This document shows positions 1 through 13,100 of a stretch of DNA of 64,000 nucleotides, piece by piece. The notes beneath the pieces were generated by a model. The model was not told the origin of the DNA and made no database searches. It was given only the letters and a program-made list of their open reading frames with translations. The translations under genes were made by a program, and so were the position numbers. Position 1 is the stretch's first letter. The number at the start of each line of letters is the position of its first letter. Origin of the DNA: Auanema rhodensis (lineage: Eukaryota; Animalia; Nematoda); the NCBI GenBank assembly GCA_964057225.1, contig OZ059895.1, forward strand, positions 20,956,001-21,020,000. Reading direction: 5' to 3'.

Positions 1-2159
1 AATTAGATTCCTCATGTCCATATTAGTCTAAAAACAAATTTTTATTAATATTGGTGCATGGTAACCATGACTTTGAAATTTACGTGAACTTTAATTTATG
101 CTAATTAAGTGTACACATGATGTGCACTTGGTATGTAACTCGCTTCACGTGAAAGATGAAGAGATGCGGTTTTCAAAATTAGATTCCTCATGTCCATATT
201 AGTCTAAAAACGAATTTTTATTGATATTGGTGCATGGTAACCATGACTTTGAAATTTACGTGAACTTTAATTTATGCTAATTAAGTGTACACATGATGTG
301 CACTTGGTATGTAACTCGCTTCACGTGAAAGATGAAGAGATGCGGTTTTCAAAATTAGATTCCCCATTTCCATATTAGTCTAAAAACAAATTTTTATTGA
401 TATGGGTGCATGGTAACCATGACTTTGAAATTTACGTGAACTTTAATTTATGCTAATTAAGTGTACACATGATGTGCACTTGGTATGTAACTCGTTTCAC
501 GTCAAAGATAAAGAGATGCGGTTTTCAAAATTAGATTCCCCATGTCCATATTAGTCTAAAAACAAATTTTTATTAATATTGGTGCATGGTAACCATGACT
601 TTGAAATTTACGTGAACTTTAATTTATGCTAATTAAGTGTACACATGATGTGCACTTGGTATGTAACTCGCTTCACGTGAAAGATGAAGAGATGCGGTTT
701 TCAAAATTAGATTCCTCATGTCCATATTAGTCTAAAAACGAATTTTTATTGATATTGGTGCATGGTAACCATGACTTTGAAATTTACGTGAACTTTAATT
801 TATGCTAATTAAGTGTACACATGATGTGCGCTTGGTATGTAACTCGCTTCACGTGAAAGATAAAGAGATGCGGTTTTCAAAATTAGATTCCCCATTTCCA
901 TATTAGTCTAAAAACAAATTTTTATTGATATTGGTGCATGGCAACCATGACTTTAAAATTTACGTGAACTTTAATTTATGCTAATTAAGTGTACACATGA
1001 TGTGCACTTGGTATGTAACTCGCTTCACGTCAAAGATAAAGAGATGCGGTTTTCAAAATTAGATTCCCTATGTCCATATTAGTCTAAAAACAAATTTTTA
1101 TTAATATTGGTGCATGGTAACCATGACTTTGAAATTTACGTGAACTTTAATTTATGCTAATTAAGTGTACACATGATGTGCACTTGGTATGTAACTCGCT
1201 TCACGTGAAAGATGAAGAGATGCGGTTTTCAAAATTAGATTCCTCATGTCCATATTAGTCTAAAAACAAATTTTTATTAATATTGGTGCATGGTAACCAT
1301 GACTTTGAAATTTACGTGAACTTTAATTTATGCTAATTAAGTGTACACATGATGTGCACTTGGTATGTAACTCGCTTCACGTGAAAGATGAAGAGATGCG
1401 GTTTTCAAAATTAGATTCCTCATGTCCATATTAGTCTAAAAACGAATTTTTATTGATATTGGTGCATGGTAACCATGACTTTGAAATTTACGTGAACTTT
1501 AATTTATGCTAATTAAGTGTACACATGATGTGCGCTTGGTATGTAACTCGCTTCACGTGAAAGATAAAGAGATGCGGTTTTCAAAATTAGATTCCCCATT
1601 TCCATATTAGTCTAAAAACAAATTTTTATTGATATTGGTGCATGGCAACCATGACTTTAAAATTTACGTGAACTTTAATTTATGCTAATTAAGTGTACAC
1701 ATGATGTGCTCTTGGTATGTAACTCGCTTCACGTCAAAGATAAAGAGATGCGGTTTTCAAAATTAGATTCCCTATGTCCATATTAGTCTAAAAACAAATT
1801 TTTATTAATATTGGTGCATGGTAACCATGACTTTGAAATTTACGTGAACTTTAATTTATGCTAATTAAGTGTACACATGATGTGCACTTGGTATGTAACT
1901 CGCTTCACGTGAAAGATGAAGAGATGCGGTTTTCAAAATTAGATTCCTCATGTCCATATTAGTCTAAAAACAAATTTTTATTAATATTGGTGCATGGTAA
2001 CCATGACTTTGAAATTTACGTGAACTTTAATTTATGCTAATTAAGTGTACACATGATGTGCACTTGGTATGTAACTCGCTTCACGTGAAAGATGAAGAGA
2101 TGCGGTTTTCAAAATTAGATTCCTCATGTCCATATTAGTCTAAAAACGAATTTTTATTG

Positions 2160-5100
2160 ATATTGGTGCATGGTAACCATGACTTTGAAATTTACGTGAA
2201 CTTTAATTTATGCTAATTAAGTGTACACATGATGTGCACTTGGTATGTAACTCGCTTCACGTGAAAGATGAAGAGATGCGGTTTTCAAAATTAGATTCCC
2301 CATTTCCATATTAGTCTAAAAACAAATTTTTATTGATATGGGTGCATGGTAACCATGACTTTGAAATTTACGTGAACTTTAATTTATGCTAATTAAGTGT
2401 ACACATGATGTGCGCTTGGTATGTAACTCGCTTCACGTGAAAGATAAAGAGATGCGGTTTTCAAAATTAGATTCCCCATTTCCATGTTAGTCTAAAAACA
2501 AATTTTCATTGATATTGGTGCATGGTAACCATGACTTTGAAATTTACGTGAACTTTAATTTATGCTAATTAAGTGTACACATGATGTGCGCTTGGTATGT
2601 AACTCGCTTCACGTGAAAGATAAAGAGATGCGGTTTTCAAAATTAGATTCCCCATGTCCATATTAGTCTAAAAACGAATTTTTATCGATATTGGTGCATG
2701 GTAACCATGACTTTGAAATTTACGTGAACTTTAATTTATGCTAATTAAGTGTACACATGATGTGCACTTGGTATGTAACTCGCTTCACGTGAAAGATGAA
2801 GAGATGCGGTTTTCAAAATTAGATTCCTCATGTCCATATTAGTCTAAAAACAAATTTTTATTAATATTGGTGCATGGTAACCATGACTTTGAAATTTACG
2901 TGAACTTTAATTTATGCTAATTAAGTGTACACATGATGTGCACTTGGTATGTAACTCGCTTCACGTGAAAGATGAAGAGATGCGGTTTTCAAAATTAGAT
3001 TCCTCATGTCCATATTAGTCTAAAAACGAATTTTTATTGATATTGGTGCATGGTAACCATGACTTTGAAATTTACGTGAACTTTAATTTATGCTAATTAA
3101 GTGTACACATGATGTGCACTTGGTATGTAACTCGCTTCACGTGAAAGATGAAGAGATGCGGTTTTCAAAATTAGATTCCCCATTTCCATATTAGTCTAAA
3201 AACAAATTTTTATTGATATGGGTGCATGGTAACCATGACTTTGAAATTTACGTGAACTTTAATTTATGCTAATTAAGTGTACACATGATGTGCGCTTGGT
3301 ATGTAACTCGCTTCACGTGAAAGATAAAGAGATGCGGTTTTCAAAATTAGATTCCCCATTTCCATGTTAGTCTAAAAACAAATTTTTATTGATATTGGTG
3401 CATGGCAACCATGACTTTAAAATTTACGTGAACTTTAATTTATGCTAATTAAGTGTACACATGATGTGCACTTGGTATGTAACTCGCTTCACGTGAAAGA
3501 TAAAGAGATGCGGTTTTCAAAATTAGATTCCCCATTTCCATGTTAGTCTAAAAACAAATTTTTATTGATATTGGTGCATGGTAACCATGACTTTGAAATT
3601 TACGTGAACTTTAATTTATGCTAATTAAGTGTACACATGATGTGCACTTGGTATGTAACTCGCTTCACGTCAAAGATGAAGAGATGCGGTTTTCAAAATT
3701 AGATTCCTCATGTCCATATAAGTCTAAAAACGAATTTTTATTGATATTGGTGCATGGTAACCATGACTTTGAAATTTACGTGAACTTTAATTTATGCTAA
3801 TTAAGTGTACACATGATGTGCGCTTGGTATGTAACTCGCTTCACGTGAAAGATAAAGAGATGCGGTTTTCAAAATTAGATTCCCCATTTCCATATTAGTC
3901 TAAAAACAAATTTTTATTGATATTGGTGCATGGCAACCATGACTTTAAAATTTACGTGAACTTTAATTTATGCTAATTAAGTGTACACATGATGTGCACT
4001 TGGTATGTAACTCGCTTCACGTCAAAGATAAAGAGATGCGGTTTTCAAAATTAGATTCCCTATGTCCATATTAGTCTAAAAACAAATTTTTATTAATATT
4101 GGTGCATGGTAACCATGACTTTGAAATTTACGTGAACTTTAATTTATGCTAATTAAGTGTACACATGATGTGCACTTGGTATGTAACTCGCTTCACGTGA
4201 AAGATGAAGAGATGCGGTTTTCAAAATTAGATTCCTCATGTCCATATTAGTCTAAAAACAAATTTTTATTAATATTGGTGCATGGTAACCATGACTTTGA
4301 AATTTACGTGAACTTTAATTTATGCTAATTAAGTGTACACATGATGTGCACTTGGTATGTAACTCGCTTCACGTGAAAGATGAAGAGATGCGGTTTTCAA
4401 AATTAGATTCCTCATGTCCATATTAGTCTAAAAACGAATTTTTATTGATATTGGTGCATGGTAACCATGACTTTGAAATTTACGTGAACTTTAATTTATG
4501 CTAATTAAGTGTACACATGATGTGCGCTTGGTATGTAACTCGCTTCACGTGAAAGATAAAGAGATGCGGTTTTCAAAATTAGATTCCCCATTTCCATATT
4601 AGTCTAAAAACAAATTTTTATTGATATTGGTGCATGGCAACCATGACTTTAAAATTTACGTGAACTTTAATTTATGCTAATTAAGTGTACACATGATGTG
4701 CTCTTGGTATGTAACTCGCTTCACGTCAAAGATAAAGAGATGCGGTTTTCAAAATTAGATTCCCTATGTCCATATTAGTCTAAAAACAAATTTTTATTAA
4801 TATTGGTGCATGGTAACCATGACTTTGAAATTTACGTGAACTTTAATTTATGCTAATTAAGTGTACACATGATGTGCACTTGGTATGTAACTCGCTTCAC
4901 GTGAAAGATGAAGAGATGCGGTTTTCAAAATTAGATTCCCCATTTCCATATTAGTCTAAAAACAAATTTTTATTGATATGGGTGCATGGTAACCATGACT
5001 TTGAAATTTACGTGAACTTTAATTTATGCTAATTAAGTGTACACATGATGTGCGCTTGGTATGTAACTCGCTTCACGTGAAAGATAAAGAGATGCGGTTT

Positions 5101-7165
5101 TCAAAATTAGATTCCCCATTTCCATGTTAGTCTAAAAACAAATTTTCATTGATATTGGTGCATGGTAACCATGACTTTGAAATTTACGTGAACTTTAATT
5201 TATGCTAATTAAGTGTACACATGATGTGCGCTTGGTATGTAACTCGCTTCACGTGAAAGATAAAGAGATGCGGTTTTCAAAATTAGATTCCCCATGTCCA
5301 TATTAGTCTAAAAACGAATTTTTATCGATATTGGTGCATGGTAACCATGACTTTGAAATTTACGTGAACTTTAATTTATGCTAATTAAGTGTACACATGA
5401 TGTGCACTTGGTATGTAACTCGCTTCACGTGAAAGATGAAGAGATGCGGTTTTCAAAATTAGATTCCTCATGTCCATATTAGTCTAAAAACAAATTTTTA
5501 TTAATATTGGTGCATGGTAACCATGACTTTGAAATTTACGTGAACTTTAATTTATGCTAATTAAGTGTACACATGATGTGCACTTGGTATGTAACTCGCT
5601 TCACGTGAAAGATGAAGAGATGCGGTTTTCAAAATTAGATTCCTCATGTCCATATTAGTCTAAAAACGAATTTTTATTGATATTGGTGCATGGTAACCAT
5701 GACTTTGAAATTTACGTGAACTTTAATTTATGCTAATTAAGTGTACACATGATGTGCACTTGGTATGTAACTCGCTTCACGTGAAAGATGAAGAGATGCG
5801 GTTTTCAAAATTAGATTCCCCATTTCCATATTAGTCTAAAAACAAATTTTTATTGATATGGGTGCATGGTAACCATGACTTTGAAATTTACGTGAACTTT
5901 AATTTATGCTAATTAAGTGTACACATGATGTGCGCTTGGTATGTAACTCGCTTCACGTGAAAGATAAAGAGATGCGGTTTTCAAAATTAGATTCCCCATT
6001 TCCATGTTAGTCTAAAAACAAATTTTTATTGATATTGGTGCATGGCAACCATGACTTTAAAATTTACGTGAACTTTAATTTATGCTAATTAAGTGTACAC
6101 ATGATGTGCACTTGGTATGTAACTCGCTTCACGTGAAAGATAAAGAGATGCGGTTTTCAAAATTAGATTCCCCATTTCCATGTTAGTCTAAAAACAAATT
6201 TTTATTGATATTGGTGCATGGTAACCATGACTTTGAAATTTACGTGAACTTTAATTTATGCTAATTAAGTGTACACATGATGTGCACTTGGTATGTAACT
6301 CGCTTCACGTCAAAGATGAAGAGATGCGGTTTTCAAAATTAGATTCCTCATGTCCATATAAGTCTAAAAACGAATTTTTATTGATATTGGTGCATGGTAA
6401 CCATGACTTTGAAATTTACGTGAACTTTAATTTATGCTAATTAAGTGTACACATGATGTGCGCTTGGTATGTAACTCGCTTCACGTGAAAGATAAAGAGA
6501 TGCGGTTTTCAAAATTAGATTCCCCATTTCCATATTAGTCTAAAAACAAATTTTTATTGATATTGGTGCATGGCAACCATGACTTTAAAATTTACGTGAA
6601 CTTTAATTTATGCTAATTAAGTGTACACATGATGTGCACTTGGTATGTAACTCGCTTCACGTCAAAGATAAAGAGATGCGGTTTTCAAAATTAGATTCCC
6701 TATGTCCATATTAGTCTAAAAACAAATTTTTATTAATATTGGTGCATGGTAACCATGACTTTGAAATTTACGTGAACTTTAATTTATGCTAATTAAGTGT
6801 ACACATGATGTGCACTTGGTATGTAACTCGCTTCACGTGAAAGATGAAGAGATGCGGTTTTCAAAATTAGATTCCTCATGTCCATATTAGTCTAAAAACA
6901 AATTTTTATTAATATTGGTGCATGGTAACCATGACTTTGAAATTTACGTGAACTTTAATTTATGCTAATTAAGTGTACACATGATGTGCACTTGGTATGT
7001 AACTCGCTTCACGTGAAAGATGAAGAGATGCGGTTTTCAAAATTAGATTCCTCATGTCCATATTAGTCTAAAAACGAATTTTTATTGATATTGGTGCATG
7101 GTAACCATGACTTTGAAATTTACGTGAACTTTAATTTATGCTAATTAAGTGTACACATGATGTGC
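2160..7165. repeat. Higher-order duplication at a 15-monomer offset (2640 bp): about 2160-4525 copied at about 4800-7165, within a 15-17-mer HOR domain spanning about 0.8-11 kb
   Basis: Rare variants recur at whole-monomer offsets: TTTTCATT at 2507, 5147, 7963, 10779 (15, 16, 16 monomers); CCATATAAG at 3720, 6360, 9352 (15, 17); GTGCTC at 1710 and 4702 (17). Confidence 0.9.
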
Positions 7166-10100
7166 ACTTGGTATGTAACTCGCTTCACGTGAAAGATGAA
7201 GAGATGCGGTTTTCAAAATTAGATTCCCCATTTCCATATTAGTCTAAAAACAAATTTTTATTGATATGGGTGCATGGTAACCATGACTTTGAAATTTACG
7301 TGAACTTTAATTTATGCTAATTAAGTGTACACATGATGTGCGCTTGGTATGTAACTCGCTTCACGTGAAAGATAAAGAGATGCGGTTTTCAAAATTAGAT
7401 TCCCCATTTCCATGTTAGTCTAAAAACAAATTTTTATTGATATTGGTGCATGGCAACCATGACTTTAAAATTTACGTGAACTTTAATTTATGCTAATTAA
7501 GTGTACACATGATGTGCACTTGGTATGTAACTCGCTTCACGTCAAAGATAAAGAGATGCGGTTTTCAAAATTAGATTCCCCATGTCCATATTAGTCTAAA
7601 AACAAATTTTTATTAATATTGGTGCATGGTAACCATGACTTTGAAATTTACGTGAACTTTAATTTATGCTAATTAAGTGTACACATGATGTGCACTTGGT
7701 ATGTAACTCGCTTCACGTGAAAGATGAAGAGATGCGGTTTTCAAAATTAGATTCCTCATGTCCATATTAGTCTAAAAACGAATTTTTATCGATATTGGTG
7801 CATGGTAACCATGACTTTGAAATTTACGTGAACTTTAATTTATGCTAATTAAGTGTACACATGATGTGCACTTGGTATGTAACTCGCTTCACGTGAAAGA
7901 TAAAGAGATGCGGTTTTCAAAATTAGATTCCCCATTTCCATGTTAGTCTAAAAACAAATTTTCATTGATATTGGTGCATGGTAACCATGACTTTGAAATT
8001 TACGTGAACTTTAATTTATGCTAATTAAGTGTACACATGATGTGCGCTTGGTATGTAACTCGCTTCACGTGAAAGATAAAGAGATGCGGTTTTCAAAATT
8101 AGATTCCCCATGTCCATATTAGTCTAAAAACGAATTTTTATCGATATTGGTGCATGGTAACCATGACTTTGAAATTTACGTGAACTTTAATTTATGCTAA
8201 TTAAGTGTACACATGATGTGCACTTGGTATGTAACTCGCTTCACGTGAAAGATGAAGAGATGCGGTTTTCAAAATTAGATTCCCCATGTCCATATTAGTC
8301 TAAAAACGAATTTTTATCGATATTGGTGCATGGTAACCATGACTTTGAAATTTACGTGAACTTTAATTTATGCTAATTAAGTGTACACATGATGTGCACT
8401 TGGTATGTAACTCGCTTCACGTGAAAGATGAAGAGATGCGGTTTTCAAAATTAGATTCCTCATGTCCATATTAGTCTAAAAACAAATTTTTATTAATATT
8501 GGTGCATGGTAACCATGACTTTGAAATTTACGTGAACTTTAATTTATGCTAATTAAGTGTACACATGATGTGCACTTGGTATGTAACTCGCTTCACGTGA
8601 AAGATGAAGAGATGCGGTTTTCAAAATTAGATTCCTCATGTCCATATTAGTCTAAAAACGAATTTTTATTGATATTGGTGCATGGTAACCATGACTTTGA
8701 AATTTACGTGAACTTTAATTTATGCTAATTAAGTGTACACATGATGTGCACTTGGTATGTAACTCGCTTCACGTGAAAGATGAAGAGATGCGGTTTTCAA
8801 AATTAGATTCCCCATTTCCATATTAGTCTAAAAACAAATTTTTATTGATATGGGTGCATGGTAACCATGACTTTGAAATTTACGTGAACTTTAATTTATG
8901 CTAATTAAGTGTACACATGATGTGCGCTTGGTATGTAACTCGCTTCACGTGAAAGATAAAGAGATGCGGTTTTCAAAATTAGATTCCCCATTTCCATGTT
9001 AGTCTAAAAACAAATTTTTATTGATATTGGTGCATGGCAACCATGACTTTAAAATTTACGTGAACTTTAATTTATGCTAATTAAGTGTACACATGATGTG
9101 CACTTGGTATGTAACTCGCTTCACGTGAAAGATAAAGAGATGCGGTTTTCAAAATTAGATTCCCCATTTCCATGTTAGTCTAAAAACAAATTTTTATTGA
9201 TATTGGTGCATGGTAACCATGACTTTGAAATTTACGTGAACTTTAATTTATGCTAATTAAGTGTACACATGATGTGCACTTGGTATGTAACTCGCTTCAC
9301 GTCAAAGATGAAGAGATGCGGTTTTCAAAATTAGATTCCTCATGTCCATATAAGTCTAAAAACGAATTTTTATTGATATTGGTGCATGGTAACCATGACT
9401 TTGAAATTTACGTGAACTTTAATTTATGCTAATTAAGTGTACACATGATGTGCGCTTGGTATGTAACTCGCTTCACGTGAAAGATAAAGAGATGCGGTTT
9501 TCAAAATTAGATTCCCCATTTCCATATTAGTCTAAAAACAAATTTTTATTGATATTGGTGCATGGCAACCATGACTTTAAAATTTACGTGAACTTTAATT
9601 TATGCTAATTAAGTGTACACATGATGTGCACTTGGTATGTAACTCGCTTCACGTCAAAGATAAAGAGATGCGGTTTTCAAAATTAGATTCCCTATGTCCA
9701 TATTAGTCTAAAAACAAATTTTTATTAATATTGGTGCATGGTAACCATGACTTTGAAATTTACGTGAACTTTAATTTATGCTAATTAAGTGTACACATGA
9801 TGTGCACTTGGTATGTAACTCGCTTCACGTGAAAGATGAAGAGATGCGGTTTTCAAAATTAGATTCCTCATGTCCATATTAGTCTAAAAACAAATTTTTA
9901 TTAATATTGGTGCATGGTAACCATGACTTTGAAATTTACGTGAACTTTAATTTATGCTAATTAAGTGTACACATGATGTGCACTTGGTATGTAACTCGCT
10001 TCACGTGAAAGATGAAGAGATGCGGTTTTCAAAATTAGATTCCTCATGTCCATATTAGTCTAAAAACGAATTTTTATTGATATTGGTGCATGGTAACCAT

Positions 10101-13100
10101 GACTTTGAAATTTACGTGAACTTTAATTTATGCTAATTAAGTGTACACATGATGTGCACTTGGTATGTAACTCGCTTCACGTGAAAGATAAAGAGATGCG
10201 GTTTTCAAAATTAGATTCCCCATTTCCATGTTAGTCTAAAAACAAATTTTTATTGATATTGGTGCATGGCAACCATGACTTTAAAATTTACGTGAACTTT
10301 AATTTATGCTAATTAAGTGTACACATGATGTGCACTTGGTATGTAACTCGCTTCACGTCAAAGATAAAGAGATGCGGTTTTCAAAATTAGATTCCCCATG
10401 TCCATATTAGTCTAAAAACAAATTTTTATTAATATTGGTGCATGGTAACCATGACTTTGAAATTTACGTGAACTTTAATTTATGCTAATTAAGTGTACAC
10501 ATGATGTGCACTTGGTATGTAACTCGCTTCACGTGAAAGATGAAGAGATGCGGTTTTCAAAATTAGATTCCTCATGTCCATATTAGTCTAAAAACGAATT
10601 TTTATCGATATTGGTGCATGGTAACCATGACTTTGAAATTTACGTGAACTTTAATTTATGCTAATTAAGTGTACACATGATGTGCACTTGGTATGTAACT
10701 CGCTTCACGTGAAAGATAAAGAGATGCGGTTTTCAAAATTAGATTCCCCATTTCCATGTTAGTCTAAAAACAAATTTTCATTGATATTGGTGCATGGTAA
10801 CCATGACTTTGAAATTTACGTGAACTTTAATTTATGCTAATTAAGTGTACACATGATGTGCGCTTGGTATGTAACTCGCTTCACGTGAAAGATAAAGAGA
10901 TGCGGTTTTCAAAATTAGATTCCCCATTTCCATATTAGTCTAAAAACAAATTTTTATTGATATTGGTGCATGGCAACCATGACTTTAAAATTTACGTGAA
11001 CTTTAATTTATGCTAATTAAGTGTACACATGATGTGCACTTGGTATGTAACTCGCTTCACGTCAAAGATAAAGAGATGCGGTTTTCAAAATTAGATTCCC
11101 CATGTCCATATTAGTCTAAAAACAAATTTTTATTAATATTGGTGCATGGTAACCATGACTTTGAAATTTACGTGAACTTTAATTTATGCTAATTAAGTGT
11201 ACACATGATGTGCACTTGGTATGTAACTCGCTTCACGTGAAAGATGAAGAGATGCGGTTTTCAAAATTAGATTCCTCATGTCCATATTAGTCTAAAAACG
11301 AATTTTTATTGATATTGGTGCATGGTAACCATGACTTTGAAATTTACGTGAACTTTAATTTATGCTTATTAAGTGTACACGTGATGTGCACTTGGTATGT
11401 AACTCGCTTCACGTGAAAGATAAAAGGATGCGGTTTTCAAAATTAGATTCCCCATGTCCATATTAGTCTAAAAACAAATTTTTATTGATATTGGTGCATG
11501 GTAACCATGACTTTGAAATTTACGTGAACTTTAATTTATGCTAATTAAGTGTACACATGATGTGCACTTGGTATGTAACTCGCTTCACGTGAAAGATGAA
11601 AAGATGCGGTTTTCAAAATTAGATTCCCCATGTCCATATTAGTCTAAAAACAAATTTTTATTGATATTGGTGCATGGTAACCATGACTTTGAAATTTACG
11701 TGAACTTTAATTTATGCTAATTAAGTGTACACATGATGTGCACTTGGTATGTAACTCGCTTCACGTCAAAGATAAAGAGATGCGGTTTTCAAAATTAGAT
11801 TCCCCATGTCCATATTAGTCTAAAAACAAATTTTTATTAATATTGGTGCATGGTAACCATGACTTTGAAATTTACGTGAACTTTAATTTATGCTAATTAA
11901 GTGTACACATGATGTGAACTTGGTATGTAACTCGCTTCACGTGAAAGATGAAGAGATGCGGTTTTCAAAATTAGATTCCTCATGTCCATATTAGTCTAAA
12001 AACGAATTTTTATCGATATTGGTGCATGGTAACCATGACTTTGAAATTTACGTGAACTTTAATTTATGCTAATTAAGTGTACACATGATGTGCGCTTGGT
12101 ATGTAACTCGCTTCACGTGAAAGATAAAGAGATGCGGTTTTCAAAATTAGATTCCCCATGTCCATATTAGTCTAAAAACAAATTTTTATTAATATTGGTG
12201 CATGGTAACCATGACTTTGAAATTTACGTGAACTTTAATTTATGCTAATTAAGTGTACACATGATGTGCACTTGGTATGTAACTCGCTTCACGTGAAAGA
12301 TGAAGAGATGCGGTTTTCAAAATTAGATTCCTCATGTCCATATTAGTCTAAAAACGAATTTTTATTCATATTGGTGCATGGTAACCATGACTTTGAAATT
12401 TACGTGAACTTTAATTTATGCTAATTAAGTGTACACATGATGTGCGCTTGGTTTGTAACTCGCTTCACGTGAAAGATAAAGAGATGCGGTTTTCAAAATT
12501 AGATTCCCCATTTCCATATTAGTCTAAAAACAAATTTTTATTGATATTGGTGCATGGCAACCATGACTTTAAAATTTACGTGAACTTTAATTTATGCTAA
12601 TTAAGTGTACACATGATGTGCACTTGGTATGTAACTCGCTTCACGTCAAAGATAAAGAGATGCGGTTTTCAAAATTAGATTCCCCATGTCCATATTAGTC
12701 TAAAAACAAATTTTTATTAATATTGGTGCATGGTAACCATGACTTTGAAATTTACGTGAACTTTAATTTATGCTAATTAAGTGTACACATGATGTGCACT
12801 TGGTATGTAACTCGCTTCACGTGAACGATGAAAAGATGCGGTTTTCAAAATTAGATTCCCCATGTCCATATTAGTCTAAAAACAAATTTTTATTGATATT
12901 GGTGCATGGTAACCATGACTTTGAAATTTACGTGAACTTTAATTTATGCTAATTAAGTGTACACATGATGTGCACTTGGTATGTAACTCGCTTCACGTCA
13001 AAGATAAAGAGATGCGGTTTTCAAAATTAGATTCCCCATGTCCATATTAGTCTAAAAACAAATTTTTATTAATATTGGTGCATGGTAACCATGACTTTGA

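Noticed and set aside
1-176. Identity with other ~176-178 bp satellites (Brassica CentBr, Arabidopsis CEN178, honeybee AluI)
   Set aside because: Only the length matches. The monomer lacks AAGCTT/AGCT sites and does not resemble those sequences as I recall them. BLAST is needed for certainty.
3618-3800. 60-aa ORF (MLIKCTHDV...), with identical copies at 6258-6440 and 9250-9432
   Set aside because: It spans about one satellite monomer and exists only because a T>A variant (3720, 6360, 9352) converts the usual TAG to AAG. The three copies are HOR duplicates. There is no recognisable domain or gene context.
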